A stretch of DNA of 61,569 nt, filler included. It is 11 parts of 11 records of this genome, joined end to end, with 100 filler letters (N's around TTAATTAATTAA, not from the genome) between each part and the next. Parts side by side here need not be neighbours in the genome. Positions count along the whole stretch, not along the records: positions 1 to 8,594 come from SRR15195285_2056; positions 8,695 to 18,232 come from SRR15195285_2057; 9 more parts are not named here. The stretch is one strand, 5' to 3'. The position numbers and the translations under genes are program-made. Shown here piece after piece: positions 1-12,515 of this stretch; positions within the stretch are counted from its first letter, which is position 1; each line of letters starts with the position of its first letter. Below the pieces are notes generated by a model. It ran no database searches and was not told the DNA's origin. It worked only from the letters and a program-made list of their open reading frames with translations.

Positions 1-271
1 GTTTCATCGCTGGATCCGAAATTCTTGATCAGTGCCCAGGTTGTGGGGAATTGATGGCACGCGCGCGGATCGTCTCGATATCATATTCCAATATAGCTGT
101 ATTATTGCTTATACTTAACTTATAGTACTACATGTAGTATGCAAATGCAGTCGCGCTTATGTCGTTACGATTCGTCCGCACGCGTCCCGCGCCCATGCAC
201 CGGAGGTCTCGCTCGCTCGAGCTGCTGCACTCAGCTGCCACGAGTGGGGTACTCGACGCGTGGGAGCCGCG

Positions 272-2389
272 ATGAGTGCCCCTGCTGCCGCTGCTTTCGC
301 GCACTTGGACCCCAAATCGGGCGTCCAGCAGCCATACAGCCCGGAGGACAATGCTCGGATCGTCGCCGCGCTACAGAGCGGGGCGAGCGCCGTCAGACTG
401 AGCGACGTGGCGCTACCAAATGGCACGACGCTGCGATTTGAGGTACGTGTGATTTCACGTCCATTAATGCACTAGTCTGCTTCTCCGCCCGAGTGCAGGG
501 TGATTTCGCCGAGACAGGCGTGCTGCTTTGTGTTGGAAGTTGCACTGCTGTGTACAGTACTGATGAACGCTGCATCGGCGGAGCAGGTACGGATCGGCCC
601 GAACGCCAGATCGAAGAGGTACCCAAGGCCGTCGCCAACGGGGCTTCTGCAGGTCAACGTCGACAACAACTTTTCGCGTGTGGTGGTTCAAGTGGGAGGC
701 GACCAAGTGTTTCGGGCCTCGGCACCGCCCTCGGCGCAGGCCGCTGTTTCCCCGCCGGCGCAACCCGCTGGAGACGCTGTCACAGAGTGGCAGGCGCTAA
801 TACAGCCACCACCGACTGACGCAGGGCAAATGCTTCCGGAAACGTGGCAGAACCTTCCGCGTGAAATATCTGTGATGATGAATCAGGCGCAGATGGACGG
901 CAAGTTTTTGGTGGTGTTACCAGGTACTACATGGCCGGGCGGAAGCGAGGCGAATATGGCTACCAACGAGCTCAAGACTGTTCAAACCGATTACTTCCAT
1001 TGCTTTATTGATCAAACTGGACAAGTTCAGAGGGACCCGTATCCCGAAGAGACCAACGCCATGATCGACGAGGCCAGAAGGCGAGGGGAGGATATCCTGC
1101 GTCTTCCGGACGTGCAAATTCCGGGACGCGTTCTGCGCTTCGAGCTGCGGTTCGGCGCGGCGGCTCGCAGTGACAAGATGCCCCGCGGAGTACCAACGGG
1201 AATGATCCAGGTCAACATCGACGACGGGAACACCCGCGCCGTCGAGGGATGTGAAGTTGTGCACACGTTTCCACTACGCAAAACTCTTGGCGCCCCACCT
1301 GTGGCCGCGGCTCCCCATCCTGCCGCACCTGCACCCGCGCCCGCGCCTGCACCGGCGCCACCACCCGCACCAGCGGGTACAAGGGTAGGACGCCCCCCAG
1401 CTGCCACAGTCGTGCGTGGTGCTGCCCATGGTTCCCAGGCTGTGGACGGTGCTCAGTACATAGCGGCGAAGCTGTCGGACGACCAGGTCCAACGTGACCC
1501 AGATTGGGCAGATTGTGAATTTGAGGAAGCCAGAATGCATACCTATCACTGGCATGCTGGAATCGGTCAGTGGCGTGCCAGTCCGACGACTGTGAGCGTT
1601 TGCATCCAAAAAAAGTTGTTCAACGAAGGGAGTCTCCGAAATGTTTATCAGATGCGACAACGTGACGCCTCTACGGGCACGTGGACCCAGATGGTCGCCA
1701 AAAAGTTCAAGGAAGCCTTGATTGGGGTTGGGGACGTGACCGACGTCAAGCAGTGGCATTACCGTGAGGTCGAGTCGCAAGTCGTCGCGAAGTACTACGC
1801 TGATCAGTTCAATCTGCGTGGGCCCCCAAAGAAGTGTGACTTTATCGTTCAGTACTGTATTGAGATGGTACAGCGTCCAGGACAGCCACTTTACAATGTG
1901 GAAGTGCTGTTTGGTGGGCAGTACGAGAAGCACAACACGAACGGAGGTGCTGTGACCTCCGACAGAAACACGCCGCAGGCCTATACTCACTTCAGCTTTG
2001 AGTGTAGCAAAAGGCAAATGTGCGTGTGCGACATCCAGGGCGTGATGGATATGTACACAGACCCACAGGTGCATACTGGTGACGGGAAAGGCTTTGGACA
2101 AGGGAACCTAGGCGCAGACGGGATTCATCGTTTCCTCGCTTCCCACCGGTGCAACGAGATATGCGCGTTCTTAGGTTTGACACAGCCGAAGATACAGCAG
2201 GAGGAGGTGTTTGTGGAATGCCCACCAAATGCAAGGCCTGGCGAGTATATCGACTGGGCTGCGACCTCATCTGACGGCCAGTCACATGATTGGGAAGTAC
2301 CCACGGGCGCAGTGCCTGGTCAGCAGTACAAGATGGTGGTGAATGTGGTGGCGCCGGAAGACCGCGCGGCGGTTGGTCGAGCAGTGTGA
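272..2389 (+). CDS. Alpha-kinase (eEF2K/MHCK family) with N-terminal WWE-like domains; 2 exons (272-442, 587-2389)
   Basis: Alpha-kinase motifs FNEGSLRNVY, MVAKKF, YNVE..GQYEKHNTNGG, TPQAYTHFSF..VCDIQGV..YTDPQVHT, FGQGNLG..GI..F..HRCNEIC. A phase-0 intron 443-586 (GTACGT...CAG) joins FE|VRIG and restores a domain paralogous to the repeat at about 990-1245. Pro/Ala linker; C-terminal CPP..PG..VP.GA.PG module. Confidence 0.9.
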
Positions 2390-2512
2390 GCCAGGATTGC
2401 AGCTCTGGTCGCGTCCTGTTCCACATTGCCCAGGTTGTGCGTGTGAGGGGTTGTGAACACACGAATTGGAGGAGAACCAATTGTTTTATAGCGTACTGTC
2501 GCCGCGATAGCT

Positions 2513-5500
2513 CTACCATGATGCCACTGCAGCAGCCATCCTTTGCTTCAGAGTTCCAGCGTTTGTCTGCTGCGTTTGTCTTTCGCTTGACGCCGAAACC
2601 CCCCACAAGTCAGCTACTGCTGCCATCCTTTGCGTTAACGTCAGCGGGTGCGAAGCTTGGTCACCATTGCAGCTGCTCCGACTAGGGGGGGCAGGGCGCC
2701 AGGGTGGGAGCGGTGTGGGGGCGGTCACTCGATGAGGCATCAACAGCGTTTTCAGCTCCGCCCGCTTCTTGTCCACGTAATCCACTACATTTTGTGACTG
2801 CACCGGCACCGATGGGTGCTCCTGTGGTGGTTGATCATAGGTGGGCTGATCAGCCGGCTGTGCTGGTATCCGCGGTGTCGATTGCTCCAGCGAACTCGAT
2901 TTCACTCGACCATGTTCGGCACCGATAGACCGAGAGCTACCTGATCCAATAGTTGTCACTGCACCCCGACGAGCACGCAGCCGTGAAATTGTTGGGTCCG
3001 CAGCGAGGCGATTTCGCTCAATCTCGCTGCCGCGGAGCTGCTGCGGAGGCATCTTTGCAGCCTTGACTACCCCGTCAGGAATAGCACCGATGCCTGCAGC
3101 TTGCGTTGATTCAAACCGATGGGGATTGGGTGTTTTCAGCAGTGGCGGGGGCGATAGACGCGGCGGCTCGGCGGCAGGTGTATTCAACAGTCGGCCTGAG
3201 GCTCCGGTAGCAGTCACGGCACCCCGCCTCTCCCGCAGCCGTGACACCGTCTGCAGTGAAACAAGTTTGGAAGGTATGGTGGGAGGCGGGGGCGGAGGCT
3301 GACTAAGGATGTAGCCACGCTTGCGGCCCTCTTTGGTCACCATTGGTTCTGGCTCCGGCTCTGCTGCAGGCACCGGCTGTGGCCGAGTAGTCTCGCGCTC
3401 CACCAGAAAGTCATGGTTATTGTGTGCAGCAGTGCTAATGCCATCAGCAGTTAAGAGCAGCAGTGCGATATCGTTGAGCTCACCAACATCGGCTGCTCTG
3501 CACTCTGCAAGCATCGCCTGTGCAATGTTGGTTAGCGATGCCCCAGCCTCCCGAGCTCCCGCCAGCAGTTTGCTTGCCAAAAGCACAGCGTCCTCGTTAG
3601 AAAAACATTGCCAAAAGCAGCTTGTGGCAACGATAACGAAATCCCCCTCTTCTAAGTCAGTGCTCGCGACCCCGAGTCGGCTGGTCAGATACGGTGCAAC
3701 CTGTCGCCGCTGACCGATCGCATTCGTGAGTGTCGTACCAGGCAGTGGGTGCACTCGTCTAAAGTGTTGAGAATTCCAGGCCTCGGCTATGCGTTGATCC
3801 TTCATGTGCATACCACCAAGTGCACGTGTGTGCGCATAGAGACCAAGCAGCCCCTTCTGAGCATCCTTGTGCAGTGCGTCAGGATGCTGATGACGGATCC
3901 TCAACCGCTCACTCAAACTTTCACAGCTGTGCTCTGAGGTGAGCTGGGTGGCACCGACTTGCTTTCCACAGCTGTGAACAACACGACACGTGCCAATATT
4001 AGCCACACAAATTCTTTTTGGCTTCGATTGCACGTCAATGAAGATAGCCGCACTGCAAGCGGCAGCAAACAAGCTAGAAGGTTCATCTGAAAATGCTCTC
4101 CCGAATCCTGACTCGATCTCGAAAAATGCACGCTGAAATGCGACCACTGGGCTGCCACCACTAATGTGAAAATGGCGTTGAAATCCTGGCCACAGGCGTG
4201 ACTGTGCAAATTCTGCACACTGCCGGCCATCGTGTCCATCAAACACAGCCGCGAACAAGAACGTGTGGCAGTCCGAAGCAATACAGGTTTCCGTGAAGAC
4301 TTGTGTAGCGAATGCCGGTCTCAAACTCCCCATATGTAAAGATGGGCATTCGGAATTGAAGCAATACAGCACATTCTCTTTGCTCTGTACCTGATTGTGC
4401 CCGACAACCTGAGCAAAGCACCGTGTCCATGGCCCTCCGATCTCATCTACCGACTCGCCTTCAAGGAACATTACCGCTGCGTTTAACTCAACCTGAGACA
4501 CACTCTTGATGTAGCGGACCATACGTTTGCGAACATGCCGCAGTTTCTCCTGCAATATCGCCTTGGCCTCCTTGGGATGATTGTCTGGCTCCAGAGCCTT
4601 CAGAAGCGCCTTCTGCGCCCGTGTAAGAGCAGCAGCTGCCATGACCAGCGAGTCGTGATTGTTCGCATTCGTAGTTTTGTCCGCAGTCAGGGCTCTTTGC
4701 AGTAGCTGGATAGCTGTCTGAAGGTACGTTGGCTGCTGTATGGGTTGGTAAATGATCGACGGTGGTGGCGGCGGTATTCCAGCGCGCTCCGCTGCTGCAG
4801 TTTTCTCCTGCTCGACTTCCTTTTTCTGCTTTGCCTCCAAGAGCCGATCCACAAGCGATGATTGCGGCTGTAGCTGTGACAGAGGGCTTGGTTCGCTCTC
4901 TACTGCTGCTACTGGGCTCGCCACAGTTGGACGTTGTGGCAATGCCTTTCGTCGTGCCTCTTTGGTGGCGTGCATTCGCGATGCTGCACGTCGGCTCTCT
5001 GCCATCCGCTCATAAATACCAACGGCTTTGACCATCTGCTGCATCTCTCCTCGCTGGGACTGTCCGGTGAGTAGTCCAAGCACCTGGTCCATCTGTGACT
5101 GCAACTTGGCAAATTGTGGACCCATGGAGCCGGAGAGTCCGTCAGCTATCCGCGGGCCAGATACCCGTACTACACCAAGCTCCACTGCCACGTTCTGCAA
5201 TCTGTCCTTCAGCGTTCCTTTCATTGATATCCCAGAGGCCTCTTCCACGTGCTGCACTGCGCTCGCAATGATCTGTTCATCGTCCGGTTGGATACCGAGC
5301 TCTTTCTGAACCAACGTAAGCATTCGTGCAACTGTCATTGGCTGTGCAGCCGATGCCGGAGGACTGTCCACCTCGTTTCCTCGCTCCAGTGCTAGGGTGA
5401 CCTGTGAAACAGTTTGACGATCAGTGTCGCTATCATCATCGTGCTGTTCGCGCAAATCATCATTTCCACTGTCTTCTGCAGCTGTGCTCATCAAGTCGTC

Positions 5501-8500
5501 TTCATCCGAGCTCAGACATTCATCTGAGCTCGATTCAGTCACGGCAGGCAAGTGATGCCTATCTGCCGCTTTTGTTGCAGCTTCTGTTGCAGCTTCACTG
5601 TTCACTTCACTGGCTGCTTGCATCAACTTTGGACGTGAGGGTATTTGAGCATGCAACCGCTGATGTTGGTCAGCAGGCATCATCTCTGAGACAGACTCCT
5701 GCGGCTCTTCCATCAGGAGATCTGTTGCCGTGTTCTCGCTGCTGAAGGACACTTGGGCCTTTGCTGTCAACTTCAGGCAAACGGTGTCGCCGTCACCCAT
5801 TGCAACTTCGTTCAAAGTTCGCGCTTCGATCTCCTGCATCTGTCTCCGTGGGAGACGCCTAGACCAACGCACATGTTTGACACAGGAGCTCCACTCCCAC
5901 ACTGATAGTTCTTCAATATCTGAGCGCTGCAGACCATGTAGACGACAACTTTGATCGACTAGGTCATCTAGCGAGCAGAATGTTGACGCCTCCATAGATT
6001 TGAGCTGTCGCGGAACTGCATCGGATGCAGCTAGACCCACACGAAGTTTGGGGGGGGACACCTCAACCCCATATCCGTGCAATCTTTCCCAATAAGACCA
6101 ACGCCGTAGCTCTGGCCCTCCACCATACCATCCGACAAGCATTCGCCACACTGTCTCGCTGACGAGATCAAAGTCTACACCTTCCTTGAGGTGCAAGCGT
6201 GTCAGGCCATCAAGTGTCAGCAAACTAGAATTGTCGATTGGGCCTGGATGCAAGCTACGTTCCCAGTAGTTCACGTGGTCTAGCCAGCTCATCATCCACC
6301 GATGCGCAACAAGGTACCACGCTGTACCGCTACTGTCTACCTTTGCAGCAAGATATTCTTCCATTGCCGCACGCTCTGCTTCAATATTCTGCAGAGGAGT
6401 ATAGTGTCGAGAAGAGGTCGCCAGAGTATCCTGTGAGCTCAATGCGTCCACTCTTGAGTGATGATCATGATTCATTCCCTGGCTAAGCTCAACCACATTC
6501 TCAAAAACTTCGGTGCGAAACGCCTTGTCAACTGCGCGAACGATCACATTGCTTTCTCGCAACCGAGCAAGTAGAGCAGTAACGCTATTAGGCCCATGCC
6601 AGCGAGCAAATTTGCCCAGCCGCAGCAGCTGTGCCAGTTGCACCTCGTCGGTGACGGCTGCTTGGAGGATCTCGTGCGGTAGGAGCGACCACTGAATACA
6701 CAGCAGGCATCCAGCAAGGTAGCGAAAACGACCTTGGACGTCTGCCATGACCCAGCGCAACACCAGCTTCAAAATGATCTCTTCTGAGCGCACGACCAAC
6801 TCTGTGCTTTGGATCACAGATAGCAGTGAATTGCTGCACATGGTCTCTATATCACTTTCTGGGTCTGCCACCAGATACTCCAGGAGGCGCACGATGAATT
6901 TCCAACAGTACTTCGCTACCCTCTTTGCTCCTACTCTATGTCCAGCATCATACACCTCGCAGCATTTACCTTCCGCTGCCCACCGAGTGATTGCAGCGAA
7001 GCTCTGTTCCATTGCTGCCGATACACCATACCGGTCCGCACATTGATAGAACTGCACAGTCTGTACGATTGATAGGCGCACAGGCAACCCGTACATGAAG
7101 TGTATCAGGCTAGCGAATGTAGATGCATCTTCGTCTGGCAAAGAGATGGGAACTCGTAGGAATCGACCCGGCTTCTGCTGTGAGCCAATCAGACGCTTGG
7201 CATCTGTGCCGTACAGGTTGTGAAAGAGGTTGAGTCTCTGCGCTATCATTTCTGCAAATGCAGTAGCCTGCTCTAGTACGCCACGATGGGTACACCACTG
7301 CTGTCGAGATAAACCAACCGTGATCAGCACGTCACCTTTCCGCCGGAACGTTATCGTTGCGCTAGAGTCGTCAGACTTCCACTGCGCTGCAACTGGTGGT
7401 GTTGTCAATCTCAGCACAATCTGGGATGGCAGTTGTTGCTCGCCCATTGTCTCGACCTGTGGTGACTGCAGCCACTGAATGACCGCCGCAACTTTCGCTG
7501 CGGGCCAAGCAGCCACACAGCTACGACGACGCAGACGATTGCGCGCCCGGTGGCCACGCCACAGGGCCTGTATCCTCGTCGCTTTCGGTGCGCGGCTAAT
7601 GTTACGGTACGAAAGTGCAACCAGTTTGCGTCGACAGTGTGCCTGAACCTTTGGTAGAGACTTGCGGTGGCGTTTGACTGATCGTCGGTCGAATCTCCCA
7701 CGAGCAACAGCTTGCAAGCGGATCAATATCTGTTTGGTTCGCAAGTACCACTTCTGCACTCTCAGCCTTCGCGCACCGCTTTGAATGACAGCGGCTGCAC
7801 GATGTTTGGTTCGACTTTGCAGCAGTGCAGCGTAAGCATTTCGGCGTGACTGCGCCTTCTCTGCTTCGATTGTATACCTGTATACTTCCCGCGCAGCGTA
7901 GAGTGTATCCATGATCCTGTCCGGAACGTCATCGCGATAGAAGAAATCTGGATGCTTGTTCCCACACTCAAATCCAGCAAAGACCCATGGCTGTGTAACT
8001 TTGGAACTGAGAAATCCATCTGTCACAAACTCGGTTGCGTCTTCACACTTTGCACAGTATCTGCAGACATCTACACTTAAGACGTCTAGTGACTCGCTTG
8101 CTTTCTCCATCAACATCTGCACTGAACCGAACCACAATGGGCTACCGGCAAGCACTTTTTGACGTCGCTGCTCCAATTCAAGCGCCCGCAGCTCTAACTC
8201 GTCTGTGTCTGACAACAAATCGTCAAATTCGGCCGCAGTAAATGCTCCAGCCACTCGATCTGCCAAGGGTTGCAGCTGAACATCTCGTGGATTTTTCCCG
8301 TCGGCCTCCTTTCGCGCTGCAGTGATCTGCCTTACAATCTCAAGCTCTGTTGCAACACCGTTCGACCTCAGTGATATCTCCAAGGCACTGATAGCTCCAA
8401 TGGTGAGGCTGCGCGACCTCGCCGACATGTGCAGCAAGCTGCAGAGCTGCAGCTCTGAGAGACCAGCGCTCACGACTGGAGCTAGCTTCTGGTCGCCTCC

Positions 8501-8594
8501 TTGTCGTAGCACCGTCTCCAGCTCGATAAGCTCTGCATCAACTAACTCAATCCTCTTGTCTCCTTCCTCGTCATCTGCTCCCTCGTCTTCCGAG
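2513..8594 (-). CDS. Large multidomain protein, 5'-truncated: IQ motifs, BTB/POZ-BACK, DUSP plus Ubl-like, MIT-like helices, degenerate PP2C domain, Pro-rich tail
   Basis: Uninterrupted ORF of about 2000 aa, open up to the linker. IQ motifs AAAVIQSGARR, LQAVARG, ATRIQALWRGHRAR; BTB/BACK HRGVL..AFAEM, FMYG, ADRYGV, LVVRSEEIILKLVLRWV; DUSP WYLVAHRW..W..PGPIDNSSLL..LKEGVDFDLV..W..L..WYGGGP; PP2C FAAVFDGHDG, ICVANIG, QLTSEH, TRALG. Confidence 0.85.
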
Positions 8595-8694
8595 NNNNNN
8601 NNNNNNNNNNNNNNNNNNNNNNNNNNNNNNNNNNNNNNTTAATTAATTAANNNNNNNNNNNNNNNNNNNNNNNNNNNNNNNNNNNNNNNNNNNN
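8595..8694. other. Artificial contig linker (N44-TTAATTAATTAA-N44)
   Basis: Identical 100-nt spacer with stop codons in all six frames, present 10 times in the window. Confidence 0.98.
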
Positions 8695-8949
8695 CCCCGC
8701 CTGTGGATTGAATCCTGACCCAACCTCAACCTGTGTTGATCATCCGCTCCACGGACGGCCTCTCAAGCGCCGGTATTAACTATTTTTAAACACCGGTTTT
8801 GCCCTTCGAGATGACCCAGCCCTCTGCCTTCACTGTGCGCACGGATCTCGAATGGAGCGGCCCGATCCCCCGCGCGCGCAAGCGCAAAAAAAGCGGACGG
8901 AATGGGGAATGTTCAACCGCCTGCATTACAATACTGTATGTAGGATCAT

Positions 8950-8966
8950 GTGTAGGATTCCTACAC
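8950..8966. promoter_or_regulatory. Palindrome GTGTAGGA-T-TCCTACAC, candidate cis-element
   Basis: Perfect 8-bp inverted arms about 200 nt upstream of the ATG at 9160; the same core occurs at 12913 and 34934. Confidence 0.35.
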
Positions 8967-9159
8967 TGAATGGGCCTATGAACCGGCACATGTACGGCAC
9001 CGCGCGGGGTCCGACGCCGAACTCGGAGTCAGAAGTCGCAGTACCGTAGTTCCTGCAGAATTGTATACAAATTCACTATGGTTTTGAGGACTTCGGGAAA
9101 TCGTATGTAAATACGCGAGGCTGCTCCAGCCGAACGTCGTCGTGGTGTCGCTGGTCGGG

Positions 9160-12100
9160 ATGGGGCGGCAAAGGCTGGTTGTCGCGGGCTTGCTGGCGGC
9201 GTCGGTGGCGAGCGTGGTGGCGCAGCCGGGGCGGTTTGATCAGGCCGGCGGCGGGCAGTATTATCAGGGGGGCTTGTTGGCTAGTTGCGATGTGACGGCG
9301 CCGTGCTCGAGAGAGTGCGGGCGCCATTTCGTCCCGCTGGTGAGCGAGTGCGCCGCGTTCTTCGAGGCCATGAGCGAGGAGCCGCCCGTCACCAACGCGC
9401 CCGCGAAGCAGGGCGCCGACGTCTCGTTCCTGCAACATGCGTGGGAGTTTGCGGAATCGTGCCCGGATCCGGTGGAATCCACCAGAGATCTGCTCACCGC
9501 GCACTTGCCGTACGCTGGGCGGCCAGGCGTAGTCGCGACGTTGACGCAGTGCGGGTTCGTCACGCAGGATGGGGCACCTGTGGACGGCTCCGACCTGCTG
9601 GATGCGCACCCACGCGACGCAGACGCGTGCGATTCGCACGGATGTGCACATTCTGTCAACACAATGATACACCGGTGCATGCATCAGCTGCCCGAAGCAA
9701 TGGGCTGGGGAATTGAACAGCAGCAGGCAATTCACAACCTTGGACCTGGTAGCGCGGTCCAGTGGAAGCCCTGGTTCCGAAACTTCCAGCGATCGTGCGC
9801 CTCCAGTGGTGGGAAAAGCGCACCGCCACCTCTGCGGCCGGATGGGCACAGAGAAGGTCACCCGCGTTCGCATCGATGCGAGCACAACCGTTTCCGTGCA
9901 ATCTTTCTGCTGTGCGATCTCATCGATTTGGACTCTGCAGTCGGGCGACGCAGTCTGCAAATGCGACCGCCGCCACATCGCGGGCCTTCACCTATGCACG
10001 GGCCTGTCGGCGACCCGCCGCACCGACCGGACGGTCCGCATCGACCGGACAGTCCACATTATCCTGGTGGTTTCAAGTCCCACCTCTCCAACTTCTTCTG
10101 CGGAGATAACCTTTGCCAGCTTCCGAGCGACACGATAAACGAGACGTTCCAACAGTACGTGTGCGGACAACCAGTGTGCACGAGGGCACTGAGGGTCTCT
10201 GCCGGCGAGTGCATGGACACGCCAAGTTTAGTTAGCGACGGACTGGGCCAGTGTAGCGGTGACGAAGCGCTGCCGAGCAAAGCAGTGGATGACGCCGACG
10301 ACTCTGTGTGGAGCCAGCTACATATGACAGTCGTCCTCGAGCTCAACCAGTCATCCCCGATTGTGGGCGTGAACGAGACGTTGGTGCAACAGGTGGTCGC
10401 CGCCGCTTTGCAGGTGCCGAACTCTGCCGTCCAAGGCCTAACTTTCGGGGGGGTGCGGCGTGTGCTTCAGGCGTCAGCAGCCGGCGTTGCTGACACGGAA
10501 AACTCGACGGTCGCCTTTCAGCTAATGCGCACAGGATCTGGCAGCGGAGCTGCGGCCTCTTCGGGATCAAGCTCGAGCGCTACTCCCTCCACTGAATTAG
10601 ATAGTCACACGGTTCGTGAGCGGCTAGAGCCTCTACGAGCAACACGCATAGACATCCAGGAACACGCGATAGCTACAACGGCAGACGGTCATACGCTGGG
10701 CCCGCCTACAGGCGAAACTGGTGGCACAGCCGCCAACCCGCTGGTGCTGGTGCTGGCGTTTTTTGCCGTGTCTGCAGGACTAGCATTTGTTCTGTCTAGT
10801 AAGCATGAGAAAGTGAAAGACGCTGGCGGTATGGTCCACGCACCTCTGGTGTTTGGCGGTGGTGGTGGGCAGGTCAATCCGATGGCTGCGGATCCGGATC
10901 AGCAAAACGGGAACATCGATGTCGAAAAGATAGGTCGTGATGATATGGTGCCCGTTCCAGCTGACACGTGTGAACCCTCCGCACTGACGAGGGGCAGGAG
11001 TAGCGGCAACGGAGCTGACAGTGAGGACGAAGACCCTGGCGGAAATCACAAGCGATTCCGCGCCGCCTCCGAAACAGACAGCTCCTCAGAGGCTTCTGGT
11101 AGCCCACGGAATTCGTCCGATGAGTCAGTAGTCTTGGGCGGTGAAGCTTCAGGTTGGACAAGTGAGGAAGCTGCGAGCTCCATCGATGAGACTTGCGTTT
11201 TTGACACTCCTAGTTCCTTGGCCTTGTACGAAGACATGGACGAGGGAGTTTTCGACAGTGTCGAATTGGATATGGCGTTTGGCGTTGCGCATGACCTGGA
11301 TCCGACATCAGGCTTGAATCTGTCTGAAACGGCCGATCACCACAGAGATGAATCAGGCGGGAGACAATTTGTGGCACCACCCGCTGTGGGCGAGCCGCCG
11401 GCATCTGATCTGCCGCCAAACTGGGAGATGAGGTACACACCCAACGGTCAAGCGTTTTTCATTGATCACAACACACGTACAACCACGTGGACTGATCCGC
11501 GACACGCATCGAGCACGCCTCCGGTCGTGCATTTGCCGCCGGATCGCGCAGTGTTGCCAGAGCCCAGTGCAGGAGCTCTGGGCACTTTGGGTGCAGCATC
11601 AGCCGGGGCACTCGACTCACTGGGTTCTTTCGAGCTGGACGACAGCGCCTTAGCTGAGTTGCCACTATATGAAGGCAACGACGTTGTCAGCGCTGTCGGG
11701 GCCACGGTGTTTAGTGTCGCGGTCATGGTCCAGCAACCTGTTCCGACCGCCAGACCAGCACCGCCTCAGGGTGGCGCTGTTTGCGGAGGATCGCGGCGGC
11801 AAGGGATCGCCCGTGCTCTGCCACCAGTTGCCCCGAGGGGGAAGATGGAGACCTCCCAGCCGCAAAGCAAGCCGAATCCGAGAACCCTGAAACAGATTGG
11901 CGGCGCGTTGGAGTTGGAGCCTCGACCGGCGCCTAACCGACCTTTCGCATGCACTGTTCCTGGTTGTACATACACCGCAACCAAGGCCCGTTATGTAACC
12001 GAGCACATGAAGGTGCACACAGGCGAGAAGCCTCACAGGTGCACAGTGCCAGGTTGTGGATATGCAGCCAGTGGATCGGGGCATTTGCTTCGCCACATGC

Positions 12101-12515
12101 GCACGCATACTGGCGACAAGCCGTACCAGTGCAAACACCCAGGGTGTGGCTACGCTTCGTCTCAACCGACGCACCTGAGAGCCCACATGCGAAAGCACAC
12201 GGGAGAGAAGCCGTACGTCTCTTTCTGACCGACTCAGCCTTCCTTCAGAGCTACTATATCTTTTGGGTGAATGCTTCGTGACTGGCTTGCACCCGCTAAA
12301 TGTGACCATCTGTTCATGTTCTACATGGTATCTAATCTAGCTCCGTGTCCTATGTACGCAGGTTTCAATGCTGGGTGGACGGCTGTGATTACAGAGCCGC
12401 GCGCTCTTGGCACATTACTCGCCATGCCAAGACAAAGCACGGCGACGCGGCGTTGTCCTCGCGGCCTGAGAAAATCGAGCCGAGCGCCGATACACGTACC
12501 CCAACGCCAGAGTAA
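9160..12515 (+). CDS. Type-I membrane protein: signal peptide, Cys-rich ectodomain, single TM helix, cytoplasmic WW domain and 4 C2H2 zinc fingers; 2 exons (9160-12212, 12362-12515)
   Basis: Signal peptide [43 protein letters not shown] followed by SSKHEKVK (about 10738-10818); [33 protein letters not shown] (about 11410-11502); three C-x4-C..H-x3-H fingers with TGEKP/TGDKP linkers. Splicing intron 12213-12361 (GTACGT..CTAAT..CAG) adds a fourth finger [26 protein letters not shown] and a TAA stop at 12513. Confidence 0.88.
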
